Numbered from the stretch's first letter, positions 1-9,800 are shown. The stretch: 64,000 nt of DNA from an uncultured Spirochaetota bacterium (GCA_963827275.1 CAWHAA010000004.1:416001-480000), one strand, 5' to 3'. Translations and numbers: made by a program. Notes: generated by a model from the sequence alone, not told the origin.

Positions 1-2
1 CC

Positions 3-2225
3 GACCGGCGCGACGAGGTCATTGACTACGTGCGCGCCAGGTACGGCGATGACCACGTGAGCCAGATCATCACCTTCAACAAGATGAAGGCGAAGGCGGT
101 CATCAAGGACGTCGCCAGGGCCATGGACATCCCGTTCCAGAGGGCCAATGAGATCAGCAAGCTCATCGAGGAAAAGGAGCTCCAGGAAACGCTGGCCAAG
201 TCCAAGGAGTTCCAGGCCCTGTACAAGGACCGGGAGATGGGGAAGGAGCTTATCGACACGTCCCTCAAGCTGGAAGGGCTGAACCGCTCCGCCGGCCGCC
301 ACGCCGCGGGTATCGTCATCTCGCGGGGCCCCCTGACCGACTACGTGCCCCTCTACATGGACAAGGACGGGGTGGTGTCGTCCCAGTTCGAGAAAAACGC
401 GCTTGAAAAGGCGGGCCTGGTGAAGATGGACTTCCTGGGCCTTAAGAACCTGACCATCATAGATAAATGCCTGAAGCTGATACAGAAGACGGCCGGGGTC
501 GACCTCGATATCGAGACGATCCCCCTCGACGATAAAGAGACGTACCGCCTCCTCCAGAAGGCGGACACCAAGGGCGTGTTCCAGCTTGAGAGCGGCGGCA
601 TGCAGACCCTGCTCCGCCGGCTGGGCCCCACCTGCTTCGAGGACATCATCGCCATCGTCGCGCTCTTCCGGCCGGGCCCCCTGAATTCAGGCATGGCCGA
701 CGATTTCATCAAGCGGAAGAGGGACCCGAAGCAGGTCCAGTACCCGCACCCCTCGCTGGAGCCGGTCCTCGGGGACACGCTGGGCGTCGTCGTGTACCAG
801 GAGCAGGTCATGCGGATTTCGCAGATCATCGCCGGCTTCACCATGCCCGAGGCCGACAAGCTCCGCAAGGCCATGGGCAAGAAGGACATGGCGATCATTG
901 ACGCCCTGGAGGACAAGTTCCTGAAGGGGGCCCAGAAGAACAGCATCAGCGCGGACCTGGCGGAAAGCCTCTATGACATGATAAAGAAGTTCGGCGAGTA
1001 CGGCTTCAACAAGTCGCACTCGGCGGCGTACGCCCTGGTCGCGTACCAGACCGCGTACCTCAAGGCGCACTACCCGCTTCAGTACATGACCTCGCTCCTC
1101 TCGGCCCAGCCGGACCGGCAGGACGACGTGATCCAGTACATCAACGACTGCCGCAACGCGGGGATCGAAGTCCTCCCGCCCTCGGTGACCCGGAGCAGCT
1201 ATGACTTCACCATCGAGGGCAGGTCGATCCGCTTCGGCCTCTCCGCCATCAAGGGGCTCGGCGAAAAGGCGATCGAGTCCATCGTGGAGGCGCGGGACCG
1301 GGTGGGGACGTTCAGGAGCATGAAGGAGTTCCTCGAGAACGTGGACTCGATGACCGTCAACAGGGGCGTGCTCGAATCCCTCATCAAGGCCGGCGCGATG
1401 GACTCGCTGCACGAAAACAGGGCGCAGCTTTTTGCCTCGATAGATGTTATTCTGGAAACCGCGCGGCGGCTCCAGGAGGACCGGGCGTCGGGCCAGGGCA
1501 ACCTCTTCGGGGGCGAGCCGGCCGCCGGCGCGGCCCCGGTCAACCACCTGGATTACCAGAATGTCCCCGAGTGGCATGACAACGAGAAGCTCTTCCACGA
1601 GAAGGAGGTGCTGGGCCTGTACATATCCGGCCACCCGCTCGCCAGGTACGAGAAGGAGATACGGATGTTTTCGTCGGTCTCGATCGCCAACCTGACCACC
1701 GAGCATAACGGCAGGAGCGTGTCGATCGTCGGGATACTCACGAACCTGCAGGTGAAGCGCGCGCAGAAGACAGGAAAGCGCTACGCGCTGGCGGATCTTG
1801 AGGACATGGAAAGCTCGGTCGGGGCGATCTTTTTCGACAAGGTCCTGACGAAGCACGAGGCGGTCATCATGAGCGGCGCGCCCGTGATGCTGACCGGCGT
1901 GGTCGAGGCGGAGAGCGACTCGGTCAAGAAGATCATCGTGAACGGGATCAAGTCATTGAAGGAGGTGCGGCAGGAATCGATATCCGCGCTGCACATCAGG
2001 CTCGACGCCCTCGGCGTGGATGATGATATATTGAAATCGATGGAGAGCATTTTCAGCCGTCACAAGGGCGACTGTCCCATATATTTCCATGTGAAGGCGA
2101 AGGACGGGGATAAGGTCATCAGGGCGCATCCGACATTTAATATCAGGCCGTCGGACGGGCTGGTGAAGGACCTTTCACAGGTCGTGGGGCAGGAATCGCT
2201 CGGGTTTTCGATACACCATCACTAA
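3..2225 (+). CDS. dnaE: DNA polymerase III alpha subunit (5'-truncated by window edge)
   Basis: Open frame from base 3 (DRRDEVIDYVRARYG); motifs GRHAAGIVI, GLVKMDFLGL, GVFQLES, ALFRPGP, YGFNKSHSAAY, IRFGLSAIKGLG, EKEVLGLYISGHPL; C-terminal OB fold. Confidence 0.98.
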   Translation, partial: DRRDEVIDYVRARYGDDHVSQIITFNKMKAKAVIKDVARAMDIPFQRANEISKLIEEKELQETLAKSKEFQALYKDREMGKELIDTSLKLEGLNRSAGRHAAGIVISRGPLTDYVPLYMDKDGVVSSQFEKNALEKAGLVKMDFLGLKNLTIIDKCLKLIQKTAGVDLDIETIPLDDKETYRLLQKADTKGVFQLESGGMQTLLRRLGPTCFEDIIAIVALFRPGPLNSGMADDFIKRKRDPKQVQYPHPSLEPVLGDTLGVVVYQEQVMRISQIIAGFTMPEADKLRKAMGKKDMAIIDALEDKFLKGAQKNSISADLAESLYDMIKKFGEYGFNKSHSAAYALVAYQTAYLKAHYPLQYMTSLLSAQPDRQDDVIQYINDCRNAGIEVLPPSVTRSSYDFTIEGRSIRFGLSAIKGLGEKAIESIVEARDRVGTFRSMKEFLENVDSMTVNRGVLESLIKAGAMDSLHENRAQLFASIDVILETARRLQEDRASGQGNLFGGEPAAGAAPVNHLDYQNVPEWHDNEKLFHEKEVLGLYISGHPLARYEKEIRMFSSVSIANLTTEHNGRSVSIVGILTNLQVKRAQKTGKRYALADLEDMESSVGAIFFDKVLTKHEAVIMSGAPVMLTGVVEAESDSVKKIIVNGIKSLKEVRQESISALHIRLDALGVDDDILKSMESIFSRHKGDCPIYFHVKAKDGDKVIRAHPTFNIRPSDGLVKDLSQVVGQESLGFSIHHH

Positions 2226-2272
2226 AGGCGACAGTCCGGATCGCCGCCTTTCTTATAATGAGGAGGCACGCC

Positions 2273-3115
2273 ATGGAAGAGCCACGATGCGTCATCTGCG
2301 GCAGCGACAAGCGCAGGCCGATGTTCCGGAAGCCGTCGCGGGACGGTACGCCTTTTACCCTGGTGAAATGCGTCCATTGCGGACTCGAGTATGTCTCCCC
2401 GCGCCCCGGGCCGGATGAAATCGGCGCCTATTACGGCGGCGACTACTTCACCCGGCGGTCGGACCGGGGGTATGATAATTATTTTTCCGAGGCCGCACGC
2501 AAGGAGATCGAACGCGTTTCGTTGCTCAACCTCAATGATCTCGGCTTTTTCGATTTTGAGGGTTCGCTCACCGGGGAAAAGCGGGTCCTGGACATCGGGT
2601 GCGCCGCCGGCTACTTTCTCAACTTTATGCGCGACAGGGGCTGGGAAACCACCGGCGTGGACATCTCCCCGGCGTGCGTGGAATTCGCCCGCGGGGAGGG
2701 GCTCGCGGTGTACGAGGACGACTACCTGGAGATCGCCTTTGCGCATCCGTTCGACCTCATCACCCTCTGGGCCTCGATCGAGCACCTGCATTACCCGGAC
2801 CGTTTCCTCAGAAAGGCGCACGACGAGCTGAAAAAGGGCGGGCGGCTCTACCTCTCCTCGTGCCGCACCGGCGGGTGCAACTTCAAGCGTCTGAAGGGGA
2901 GCGGGTGGCGTTACTACAATTTCCCGGAGCACTTATACTTTTTTTCCCGGACGCTGATGGAAAAAATACTTGAGCAAAACGGCTTTAGAATTACAGAGTA
3001 CTCCACCTATGGCAGCGGTTTCGGATCGTCCGGCTCGATCGCGCGGAAAGCGGCGGACCGGCTTGCCCGCCTGCGCCTGGGCGATATGATGCTCATCGCT
3101 GCGGAGAAGGCGTGA
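2273..3115 (+). CDS. Class I SAM-dependent methyltransferase with N-terminal Zn-ribbon
   Basis: CVIC...CVHC pair, VLDIGCAAG SAM motif, FDLITLWASIEHL, PEHLYFF; AGGAGG RBS before ATG 2273. Confidence 0.85.
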   Translation: MEEPRCVICGSDKRRPMFRKPSRDGTPFTLVKCVHCGLEYVSPRPGPDEIGAYYGGDYFTRRSDRGYDNYFSEAARKEIERVSLLNLNDLGFFDFEGSLTGEKRVLDIGCAAGYFLNFMRDRGWETTGVDISPACVEFARGEGLAVYEDDYLEIAFAHPFDLITLWASIEHLHYPDRFLRKAHDELKKGGRLYLSSCRTGGCNFKRLKGSGWRYYNFPEHLYFFSRTLMEKILEQNGFRITEYSTYGSGFGSSGSIARKAADRLARLRLGDMMLIAAEKA

Positions 3116-3120
3116 GATAT

Positions 3121-3156
3121 TCCCCATCCCTTGATGGGAGGGGGTTGGGGAGGGAG
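3121..3156. repeat. REP-like CCCCTCTCCC/GGGAGGGG-type intergenic repeat
   Basis: TCCCCATCCC-TTGAT-GGGAGGGGG-TTGGGGAGGGA; related to 56918-56981. Confidence 0.55.
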
Positions 3157-3176
3157 ATGCGAAAGGTGATACAATC

Positions 3177-4046
3177 ATGGAAATAGTACAAACCATCAGC
3201 GAGGTCCGCTCTCACGTGGCGGAAGCGCGCAGGGCCGGGAAGCGCATCGGCTTCGTCCCCACCATGGGTTTTTTACATGCGGGGCACCTCTCCCTCGTGG
3301 AGGAATCGAAGAAGCATACCGGGTACCAGGTGATGAGCATTTTCGTGAACCGGATCCAGTTCAACGACCCGAAGGATTTTTCGAGCTACCCGGTGGACCT
3401 CGAGCGGGACTTTGAGCTCGCGCGCGGGGCCGGCGTTGACCTGGTCTTTGTGCCCGGCGAGGGTGAGATGTATAAAAACAACCTCACCCGCGTCGATGTC
3501 GACGTGCTCACGAAGAACCTCTGCGGCGCCAGCCGCCCGGGCCACTTCAAGGGCGTTTTCACCGTGGTGAGCAAGCTCTTCAATATCGTGCAGCCGGACG
3601 TGGCCGTGTTCGGCCAGAAGGACATCCAGCAGGCGGTGAGCGTCGAAAAGATGGCGGCCGACCTTAACTTCCCGGTGCGGGTGGTGATCGCCCCCACGGT
3701 GCGGGAGGACGACGGACTTGCGATGAGCTCGCGCAACAGCCGCCTGGGCCCTGACGAGCGGAAGCGCGCGGTCGCGATCAGCCGGGCGCTCCGGCGCGCC
3801 GAAGAGATGCTCGCGTCCGGCGAGCGCTCGGTCGGCACAATCGTTGCCGCGATGACAGCCATCATCAGCGCATCGGGCCCGGGAAAGATCGATTATATCA
3901 CTGTGGCCCGCTACTCGGACCTGGCCCCCGTGGACGCCATTACGGAGCGGTCGGTCCTCGCGGTCGCGGTCTTCTACGGCGCCACACGGCTCATCGACAA
4001 CATGATCATCGAAATTGAAGGGGGGCGGGCGCGATGCGTCTACTGA
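3177..4046 (+). CDS. panC: Pantoate--beta-alanine ligase
   Basis: GFVPTMGFLHAGHLSL, RPGHFKGV, FGQKD, DGLAMSSRN, RLIDN. Confidence 0.97.
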   Translation: MEIVQTISEVRSHVAEARRAGKRIGFVPTMGFLHAGHLSLVEESKKHTGYQVMSIFVNRIQFNDPKDFSSYPVDLERDFELARGAGVDLVFVPGEGEMYKNNLTRVDVDVLTKNLCGASRPGHFKGVFTVVSKLFNIVQPDVAVFGQKDIQQAVSVEKMAADLNFPVRVVIAPTVREDDGLAMSSRNSRLGPDERKRAVAISRALRRAEEMLASGERSVGTIVAAMTAIISASGPGKIDYITVARYSDLAPVDAITERSVLAVAVFYGATRLIDNMIIEIEGGRARCVY

Positions 4047-4498
4047 TGCCGGCATGGCTCCTTTTCGCGCTCCTGATCGCTTCCGCGGGGTGCGCGCCGC
4101 AGGCCGCGCTCACGCCGCAGGCGGCCTTTCACGATCTGAAGAACGCCTTCCGGAAATCGGACGCCGCGTCGCTTGAGCGGCAGCTATCGGCCGGCAGCAT
4201 ACGGAAGGCCAGGGCGGCGATCTCGATGTTCTCGAAGATGGAAGACCGCCAGCTCCGGGCCCTCTCCGAAAAATTCGGCGTCGAGCCGGAACGGCTCCGC
4301 CGGCTTTCCGTGAGGGACTACTGCGCCCTCATCCTTGCGCTGGACCGGGGGAAGAGCGTCATCGGCGCGGCCACCTCCCGCGCGGTCACCGGCATTGACC
4401 GGAAGGGGGACCGGGCCGCGGTCCGGGTTGAGAACGGTATGGAGCTGGTCTTCGTCAAGGAAGGGCCGTACTGGAAGTTTGACATGGCGGGACTCTGA
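4046..4498 (+). CDS. Putative lipoprotein (NTF2/DUF4878-like), function unknown
   Basis: ATG overlaps panC stop (TGATG); lipobox-like IASAGC; C-terminal LVFVKEGPYWKFD. Confidence 0.6.
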   Translation: MPAWLLFALLIASAGCAPQAALTPQAAFHDLKNAFRKSDAASLERQLSAGSIRKARAAISMFSKMEDRQLRALSEKFGVEPERLRRLSVRDYCALILALDRGKSVIGAATSRAVTGIDRKGDRAAVRVENGMELVFVKEGPYWKFDMAGL

Positions 4499-4525
4499 AT
4501 CCCCGTAATAATCAAGAACAACACC

Positions 4526-5155
4526 ATGATTGATTTTGAAACATTGACGATGTTCGTCACCGCGTCGTTTGTGCTGGGCCTGGCCCCGGGCCCGGATAAT
4601 ATTTTCGTGCTCACGCAGTCGATTGTGAACGGCAGGAAGGCCGGGTTTATTATCATACTCGGACTCTGCACCGGGCTCATCGTCCACACGACCATCGTCG
4701 CCCTGGGCGTCGCCGTCATATTCCAGACCTCGGCGCTTGCCTTTGGCATATTGAAGTATTGCGGCGCCGCGTACCTGCTTTACCTGGCATGGAAGGCCTT
4801 CAGGGCGTCGGCCGCGCCGATAGAATTGAATGAACGGGTACGGCTGACGTTCCCGCAGCTCTACCGCCGCGGCATCATAATGAATATCACTAATCCGAAG
4901 GTCTCAATATTTTTCATGGCCTTCCTGCCGCAGTTTGCGGACCCCTCCAGAGGGCCGATCATGGTCCAGCTGGCGCTCCTGGGGGCGATTTTTATCCTGG
5001 TAACGCTCGTCGTCTTCAACCTGATCGCCCAGCTCGCGGGAATCATCGGGAAATGGATATCAAAATCGGAAAAGGGAGAAAAGATACTGAACCGGGTCGC
5101 CGCGCTCGTCTTCGTGTCGCTTGCCATCAAGCTGATACTGACCGGGCAGAGATAA
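4526..5155 (+). CDS. LysE/RhtB family amino-acid exporter
   Basis: LAPGPDNIFV, KYCGAAYLLYLAW, NITNPKVSIFFMAFLPQF. Confidence 0.93.
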   Translation: MIDFETLTMFVTASFVLGLAPGPDNIFVLTQSIVNGRKAGFIIILGLCTGLIVHTTIVALGVAVIFQTSALAFGILKYCGAAYLLYLAWKAFRASAAPIELNERVRLTFPQLYRRGIIMNITNPKVSIFFMAFLPQFADPSRGPIMVQLALLGAIFILVTLVVFNLIAQLAGIIGKWISKSEKGEKILNRVAALVFVSLAIKLILTGQR

Positions 5156-5178
5156 ATAATCAGGGAAGGAGCAACGCC

Positions 5179-5556
5179 ATGACGCATGCGGGGAAATCAA
5201 TATTCTATTTCGGCTTCTGGGTGGTCATCTGCGGTATTTCGCTCCTCGTGTTCCCGGAATTCAGCCTGGGCGTTGCCGGCATCACGCTGAACGACTACCT
5301 CCCGGTCAGGATCTTCGGCATGGTCCTTCTGTATCTGGCCGTCTATTATTTCGTCGCCGGCCGCAGTCCCGGCTTCCGGCCGCTCTACGTGGCCACGGTG
5401 TTCACGCGCTCATCGGCCCTGCTTTTTGTCATCATCGCCGTGCTCCTCGGCATGACGGAGCCGAGAGTTATCGGCTTTGTCACTGTCGATGGCCTGGGGG
5501 CCCTCTGGACGGCCCTGGCGCTCAGGGCGGACGGGAAGACCCTTCCGGCCCGCTGA
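5179..5556 (+). CDS. Small four-TM membrane protein
   Basis: AAGGAG RBS then MTHAGKSIFYFG; four hydrophobic segments. Confidence 0.65.
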   Translation: MTHAGKSIFYFGFWVVICGISLLVFPEFSLGVAGITLNDYLPVRIFGMVLLYLAVYYFVAGRSPGFRPLYVATVFTRSSALLFVIIAVLLGMTEPRVIGFVTVDGLGALWTALALRADGKTLPAR

Positions 5557-5623
5557 GAGGGAGTGTCTGGTCACTGCCGATGGGGATTCAATATGCAGTC
5601 AGGGAACTGCCGGAGGTTTTTGC

Positions 5624-7585
5624 ATGAAACAGGACACATCACTCTTCAGTCCCATCACCATCGGGACGATGGAGATAGCGAACAGGATCGCCATGGCGCC
5701 CATGGCGACCGATTTCGCCGAGGGCGACGGCACCGTGTCGCGCCGCATGATCGATTATTACGAAGCGCGCGCCAGGGGCGGCGCCGGTCTGATCATTCTC
5801 GAGGTGTGCACGATCGACGGGATGTCGCCCTATATCCCCCGCACGCTGGGGATTTGGGACGATTCGTTCGTCCCGGGACTGAGGCAGCTTGTCGACGCCC
5901 TCCACGCGCACGGCGCGCGCGTCATCCCGCAGATCGCCCATCCCGGACCCGAGTCGCTGGGCCCGCTCTTTACCGGGACGGAGGCGGTGGGGCCCTCGGC
6001 CGGCATCGTGAACAACCTTACCAGGATGAAGTGCCGCGGCCTGTCGGCGGAAGAGCTCCCCGGCATCATCGGGCAGTTCGGCCAGGCGGCCCGCCGCGCG
6101 CGCGAAGCGGGCTTCGACGGCATTGAGCTCCACGCGGCGCACAGCTACATGCTCGCCGGCTCGTTCCTCTCCGCGCTGCGCAACCGACGCGTTGACGGGT
6201 ACGGCGGGGACATGGAGGGACGCCTCAGGTTCGTGAGGGAAGTCATCGGCGCCATGAAAGAAGAGGCCGGGGACGATTTCCCCGTCACCATGCGCATTTC
6301 CGCGGAGGAGCAGGTCCCCGGCGGCCGGGAGATCCGGGAGACGGAGTACATGGCGTCGGTCCTCGCCGCCGACGGCGTCAGCGCCTTTCACGTGTCAAGC
6401 GGCGTGTACCCGGACCTGTCCTGGCGGGTGATCCCCCCGACCGGCACGCCGTTCGGCCTGAATGTCGAGGGCGCGGCCCGGATCAGGAAGGCGGCGGGCG
6501 TCCCGGTCATGGTGGTGGGCAGGATCGTGGACCCGGGCATGGCCGGGGACATCGTCCGCCGCGGCGACGCCGACATGGTGGTGCTCGGCCGATCGCTCAT
6601 CGCCGACCCCGCGTGGCCGCGCAAGGCCGCGGCGGGCGCGCGGGAGGACATCGCGCCCTGCATCGGCTGCGGCCTGGGGTGCGTGCGCAACCGGGAGCGC
6701 GGCGGCGACATGACCTGCATCGTGAACCCGGCGGTGGGCCGGGAAGCGGAGATGGCGATCAGGCCCGCGGCGCGGAAGAAGAAGGTGGTCGTCGCAGGCG
6801 CGGGCCCCGCGGGGCTCGAGGCCGCGCGCGTGGCGGCCCTGGCCGGCCATGATGTGTCGCTGTATGAAAAAGGCCCGGTCGCGGGCGGGCAGTTCAACCT
6901 GGCGGCGGTGCCGCCGGGCAAGCAGGAGCTGTGCAAGGTCATTCGCTACCTCTCGCTCCAGGCCGAAAAGGCCGGGGCCCGGATATCGTATAACGCACCG
7001 GTGACGGCAGCGCTGCTGGCGCGGGAGAAGCCGGACGCGCTGGTCATCGCCACCGGCGCGGGCCCCCGCCGCCTGCCGGTCCCGGGCGCGGACCGCGGCA
7101 ACGTGTTCACCGCCCACGAGGTGCTGGCGGGGACCGCGGACATCGGCCCGGGCAGGGCGCTTGTCATCGGCGGGGGGATGGTGGGGTGCGAGCTTGCCTC
7201 CTTTATCGCCAACACGGGCGACAACATCACCATCGGCAGGACCGAGGCGACCGTCGTGGAGATGACGGACGCCGTGGCCTCGGACATGTTCAGCGAGGGA
7301 CGGGAGCTCCTCATGGAAAAGCTCCGGCGCAGGGAGGTCAGGATCATCACCTCCGCCGCGGTGAAGGAGATCACCGCCGACGGCGCCGTGGTGGCGCTCC
7401 CCGCCGGGGAGGAGACGATCACCGGCATGGATTACATCATCCTCGCGACCGGCGCGGAGCCGGTGAACGGGCTTGCCGGCGAGGCCGCGGGCGTACCGGA
7501 GGTGCACGTGATCGGCGATGCGCGCGAGCCGCGCCAGGTGCTGGACGCGATTCGCGAAGGGTCCGAGACGGGGCTGGCGCTGTAG
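5624..7585 (+). CDS. NADH:flavin oxidoreductase (Old Yellow Enzyme / FadH-BaiCD-like, FMN + 4Fe-4S + FAD)
   Basis: NRIAMAPM, ARGGAGLII, AGFDGIELHAAHSY, CIGCGLGC...C cluster motif, GAGPAGLEAA, IGGGMVG; GGAGG RBS. Confidence 0.93.
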   Translation: MKQDTSLFSPITIGTMEIANRIAMAPMATDFAEGDGTVSRRMIDYYEARARGGAGLIILEVCTIDGMSPYIPRTLGIWDDSFVPGLRQLVDALHAHGARVIPQIAHPGPESLGPLFTGTEAVGPSAGIVNNLTRMKCRGLSAEELPGIIGQFGQAARRAREAGFDGIELHAAHSYMLAGSFLSALRNRRVDGYGGDMEGRLRFVREVIGAMKEEAGDDFPVTMRISAEEQVPGGREIRETEYMASVLAADGVSAFHVSSGVYPDLSWRVIPPTGTPFGLNVEGAARIRKAAGVPVMVVGRIVDPGMAGDIVRRGDADMVVLGRSLIADPAWPRKAAAGAREDIAPCIGCGLGCVRNRERGGDMTCIVNPAVGREAEMAIRPAARKKKVVVAGAGPAGLEAARVAALAGHDVSLYEKGPVAGGQFNLAAVPPGKQELCKVIRYLSLQAEKAGARISYNAPVTAALLAREKPDALVIATGAGPRRLPVPGADRGNVFTAHEVLAGTADIGPGRALVIGGGMVGCELASFIANTGDNITIGRTEATVVEMTDAVASDMFSEGRELLMEKLRRREVRIITSAAVKEITADGAVVALPAGEETITGMDYIILATGAEPVNGLAGEAAGVPEVHVIGDAREPRQVLDAIREGSETGLAL

Positions 7586-7643
7586 CATGCAAATAGAAGC
7601 ATATACTGATACTAAAGAAAATGTTCCGTACAAGGAGAATCCC

Positions 7644-8027
7644 ATGTCGAAATTTCTATCAGACGAATGGTTTGCGAAGGTCGATGAGCTCACCGCGGCT
7701 GCCGCAGGGCTTGATATACCAAAGGCGATGAAGGACGTGGTGGTCAACCTGAACGTTGAAAGCGGCGGCTCGGAAATCCCCATGTGCATGGACGGCGGCA
7801 TCATCAAAAAGGGGCACGCGCTGAAGGCGGACGTGGACATGTCCATGCCGGCGGAATACGCCCTCTCGATAATCGTCAGGGGCGATTGGTCCGCGGGGAT
7901 GAAGGGATGGGTGGCGCGCAAGATCAAGGTCGCGGGCAACATGCGCAAGCTCATACCGCTGCAGGTATACAGGGCGACCGCGTCGCAGGAAGCGCTCAGG
8001 AAAAAAATTGAAGGGATGACCGAATAA
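7644..8027 (+). CDS. SCP2 sterol/lipid-binding domain protein
   Basis: AAGGAG RBS; MSKFLSDEW start, ADVDMSM...KIKVAGNMRKL typical of SCP2. Confidence 0.8.
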   Translation: MSKFLSDEWFAKVDELTAAAAGLDIPKAMKDVVVNLNVESGGSEIPMCMDGGIIKKGHALKADVDMSMPAEYALSIIVRGDWSAGMKGWVARKIKVAGNMRKLIPLQVYRATASQEALRKKIEGMTE

Positions 8028-8040
8028 CTGTTTTGCAAGA

Positions 8041-8079
8041 CGCGCGCAGGGGCGAATAATCATTCTCCCCTGCGCTGCG
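8041..8079. terminator. Hairpin between convergent genes
   Basis: GCGCAGGGG...CCCCTGCGC stem. Confidence 0.5.
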
Positions 8080-8081
8080 GG

Positions 8082-8339
8082 CTATCGACGCTTTTTTATG
8101 AAGTTTACGACCGCAAGGATGATGAGCGCGCCCACCAGGGCCGCGATGATCGACCCGATCCATCTTCCGCCGATATGGATCCCGAGGACACTGAAAAGCC
8201 ATCCTCCCAGGAATGAGCCGCAGACGCCGAAGATGAGGTTCCAGAGAAGCCCGAAGCCGCTCCCCTTCCAGATGAGGCCCGCCAGCCATCCTGCGATGAG
8301 GCCGACAATCAGCAGAACGATGATGCTTTCAGGTGTCAT
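8082..8339 (-). CDS. GlsB/YeaQ/YmgE (transglycosylase-associated) membrane protein
   Basis: LIVGLIAGWLA, NLIFGVCGSFLGGWLF, IIAALVGALIIL. Confidence 0.92.
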   Translation of the reverse strand: MTPESIIVLLIVGLIAGWLAGLIWKGSGFGLLWNLIFGVCGSFLGGWLFSVLGIHIGGRWIGSIIAALVGALIILAVVNFIKKRR

Positions 8340-8471
8340 ATCAGTACGCTCCTTGTTTGATGTTGGTGCTGCACATTATGCCGTAACGGCAATGATGGCA
8401 TATTAACTGATAAATTTCAATTAAAAAATATTATTAGCACGGGTCAAAACTGAACGGCGGGGGGATTGCAT

Positions 8472-8501
8472 GCGCGTCCCGGCCCGGGGGCCGGGACGCG
8501 C
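8472..8501. terminator. GC-rich perfect hairpin downstream of the TPR gene
   Basis: GCGCGTCCCGGCCC-GG-GGGCCGGGACGCGC. Confidence 0.55.
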
Positions 8502-8505
8502 GCTG

Positions 8506-9357
8506 TTATGCGAGTTTCTTTTTGTGTGACTGGATCAGCTTTTCCGCTTTTTTATACTCGCCCTTGAAAATGTAGAGCATGCTGAGCTTGGTGAGGTCGA
8601 GCACCTTCGCGTCCCTGTTCGCGAGGTCTGCTTCGAGGTCAATGATCTCTTTCTCGAGATCGCCGATCTCACGCATCTTGTGCTCGTAGGTCAGCTTGTC
8701 GAGGTATTTCTTGAAGCGCGCATATTCCGGCCTGCATTCGAGGGCCTCGGTCAGGTACTTGACCGCATCGTCATAGTTGCCCATGTAGAAATTGCAGAAC
8801 CCGTAGTAACGGTTGATGAATGACCTGTCCTCCGCGAGGTCCTTTATGCGGTCCAGGCACTGTATCGTCTTCCCATACTGTTTCCATTCATAGTAGATAT
8901 GCGACAGGAGAAGGTTGGCTTTGACATGGCGCTGGTCGAGGCCGATGACCGTGAGCAGGTATTTTTCCGCCTTCTTGAATTCCTCCTGGTCGTAGAGGAC
9001 CAGGCCGGCATAGTAGTTCCCCTCGAGGAACTGCGGCTCCCGGGCTATCGATTCGGTAAAATATTTGAGCGCCTGGGCGTAATTTTTTCTATTGAAATGC
9101 TCGACGCCGAGGTTCAGGAGCACGCGGTAGTGCGTGTCGATTTTCAGCGCCTCGAGGTAGGACATGATGGCCTTTTCGGAATCGCCCCGCCGCGCGTGGA
9201 TCTCGCCGATATTGTTATACGCGGCGACAAAATCCGGGTACGCGTCTATCGCCCTGCGGTATTCGCTCAGGGCCGCGTCAAGATCTCCCCTGTTGGATAG
9301 CTCTAACGCGTGGTTGTAGATGACCACGACGTCTCTGGGCACTGAACTGGTTATCAT
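8506..9357 (-). CDS. Tetratricopeptide-repeat protein
   Basis: Repeated TPR units (AYNNIG, LLNLG, YYAG, YFTESI); GAGAGG RBS favours start 9357 over 9384. Confidence 0.88.
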   Translation of the reverse strand: MITSSVPRDVVVIYNHALELSNRGDLDAALSEYRRAIDAYPDFVAAYNNIGEIHARRGDSEKAIMSYLEALKIDTHYRVLLNLGVEHFNRKNYAQALKYFTESIAREPQFLEGNYYAGLVLYDQEEFKKAEKYLLTVIGLDQRHVKANLLLSHIYYEWKQYGKTIQCLDRIKDLAEDRSFINRYYGFCNFYMGNYDDAVKYLTEALECRPEYARFKKYLDKLTYEHKMREIGDLEKEIIDLEADLANRDAKVLDLTKLSMLYIFKGEYKKAEKLIQSHKKKLA

Positions 9358-9478
9358 AATGGTCCCTCTCGCATGGAATGTCATGACGCGTCCGGAATGG
9401 CACGTCTATATAAATATCGGACATAACGATGAGTTTTTCAAGTAAAGTTTTCAGAATTTCTGACCTGCGGATGTTTAG

Positions 9479-9629
9479 TACCGATAACTATCGGCCCGGA
9501 ATCGGGCCGTACAAGGGTCAGGGGGGCCTTGTCCGGCCCCTGGTATCAAAAATTTCCCATCCTCGCGACGCCGGGCCTCCTGCATGGCGGCTGGTTGTAA
9601 GCCCCGCGGAGTTACCGATAACTATCGGC
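9479..9629. repeat. Two identical 17-bp palindrome-containing direct repeats TACCGATAACTATCGGC
   Basis: Copies at 9479-9495 and 9613-9629; core CCGATA-AC-TATCGG. Confidence 0.85.
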
Positions 9630-9800
9630 TGGAAGTTACTCTGACCCCCGGCGTTGTGTCCTTTTAAATGGCGGGAATAAATGCATACTCTGATCGTGAA
9701 ATAATGCAACTATACGCAATGAAATCTGTCTATTCACATGGGACTATCTGCATGTACAATAAGTATTGCAGGCATACCATGTTCAGCGGAGAGTGAATTC

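Noticed and set aside
687..1856. Long antisense ORFs (also 6395-8038, 14311-15723, 24971-26443, 27264-28556, 50746-52254)
   Set aside because: Shadow frames of high-GC3 genes on the opposite strand; no motifs or RBS.
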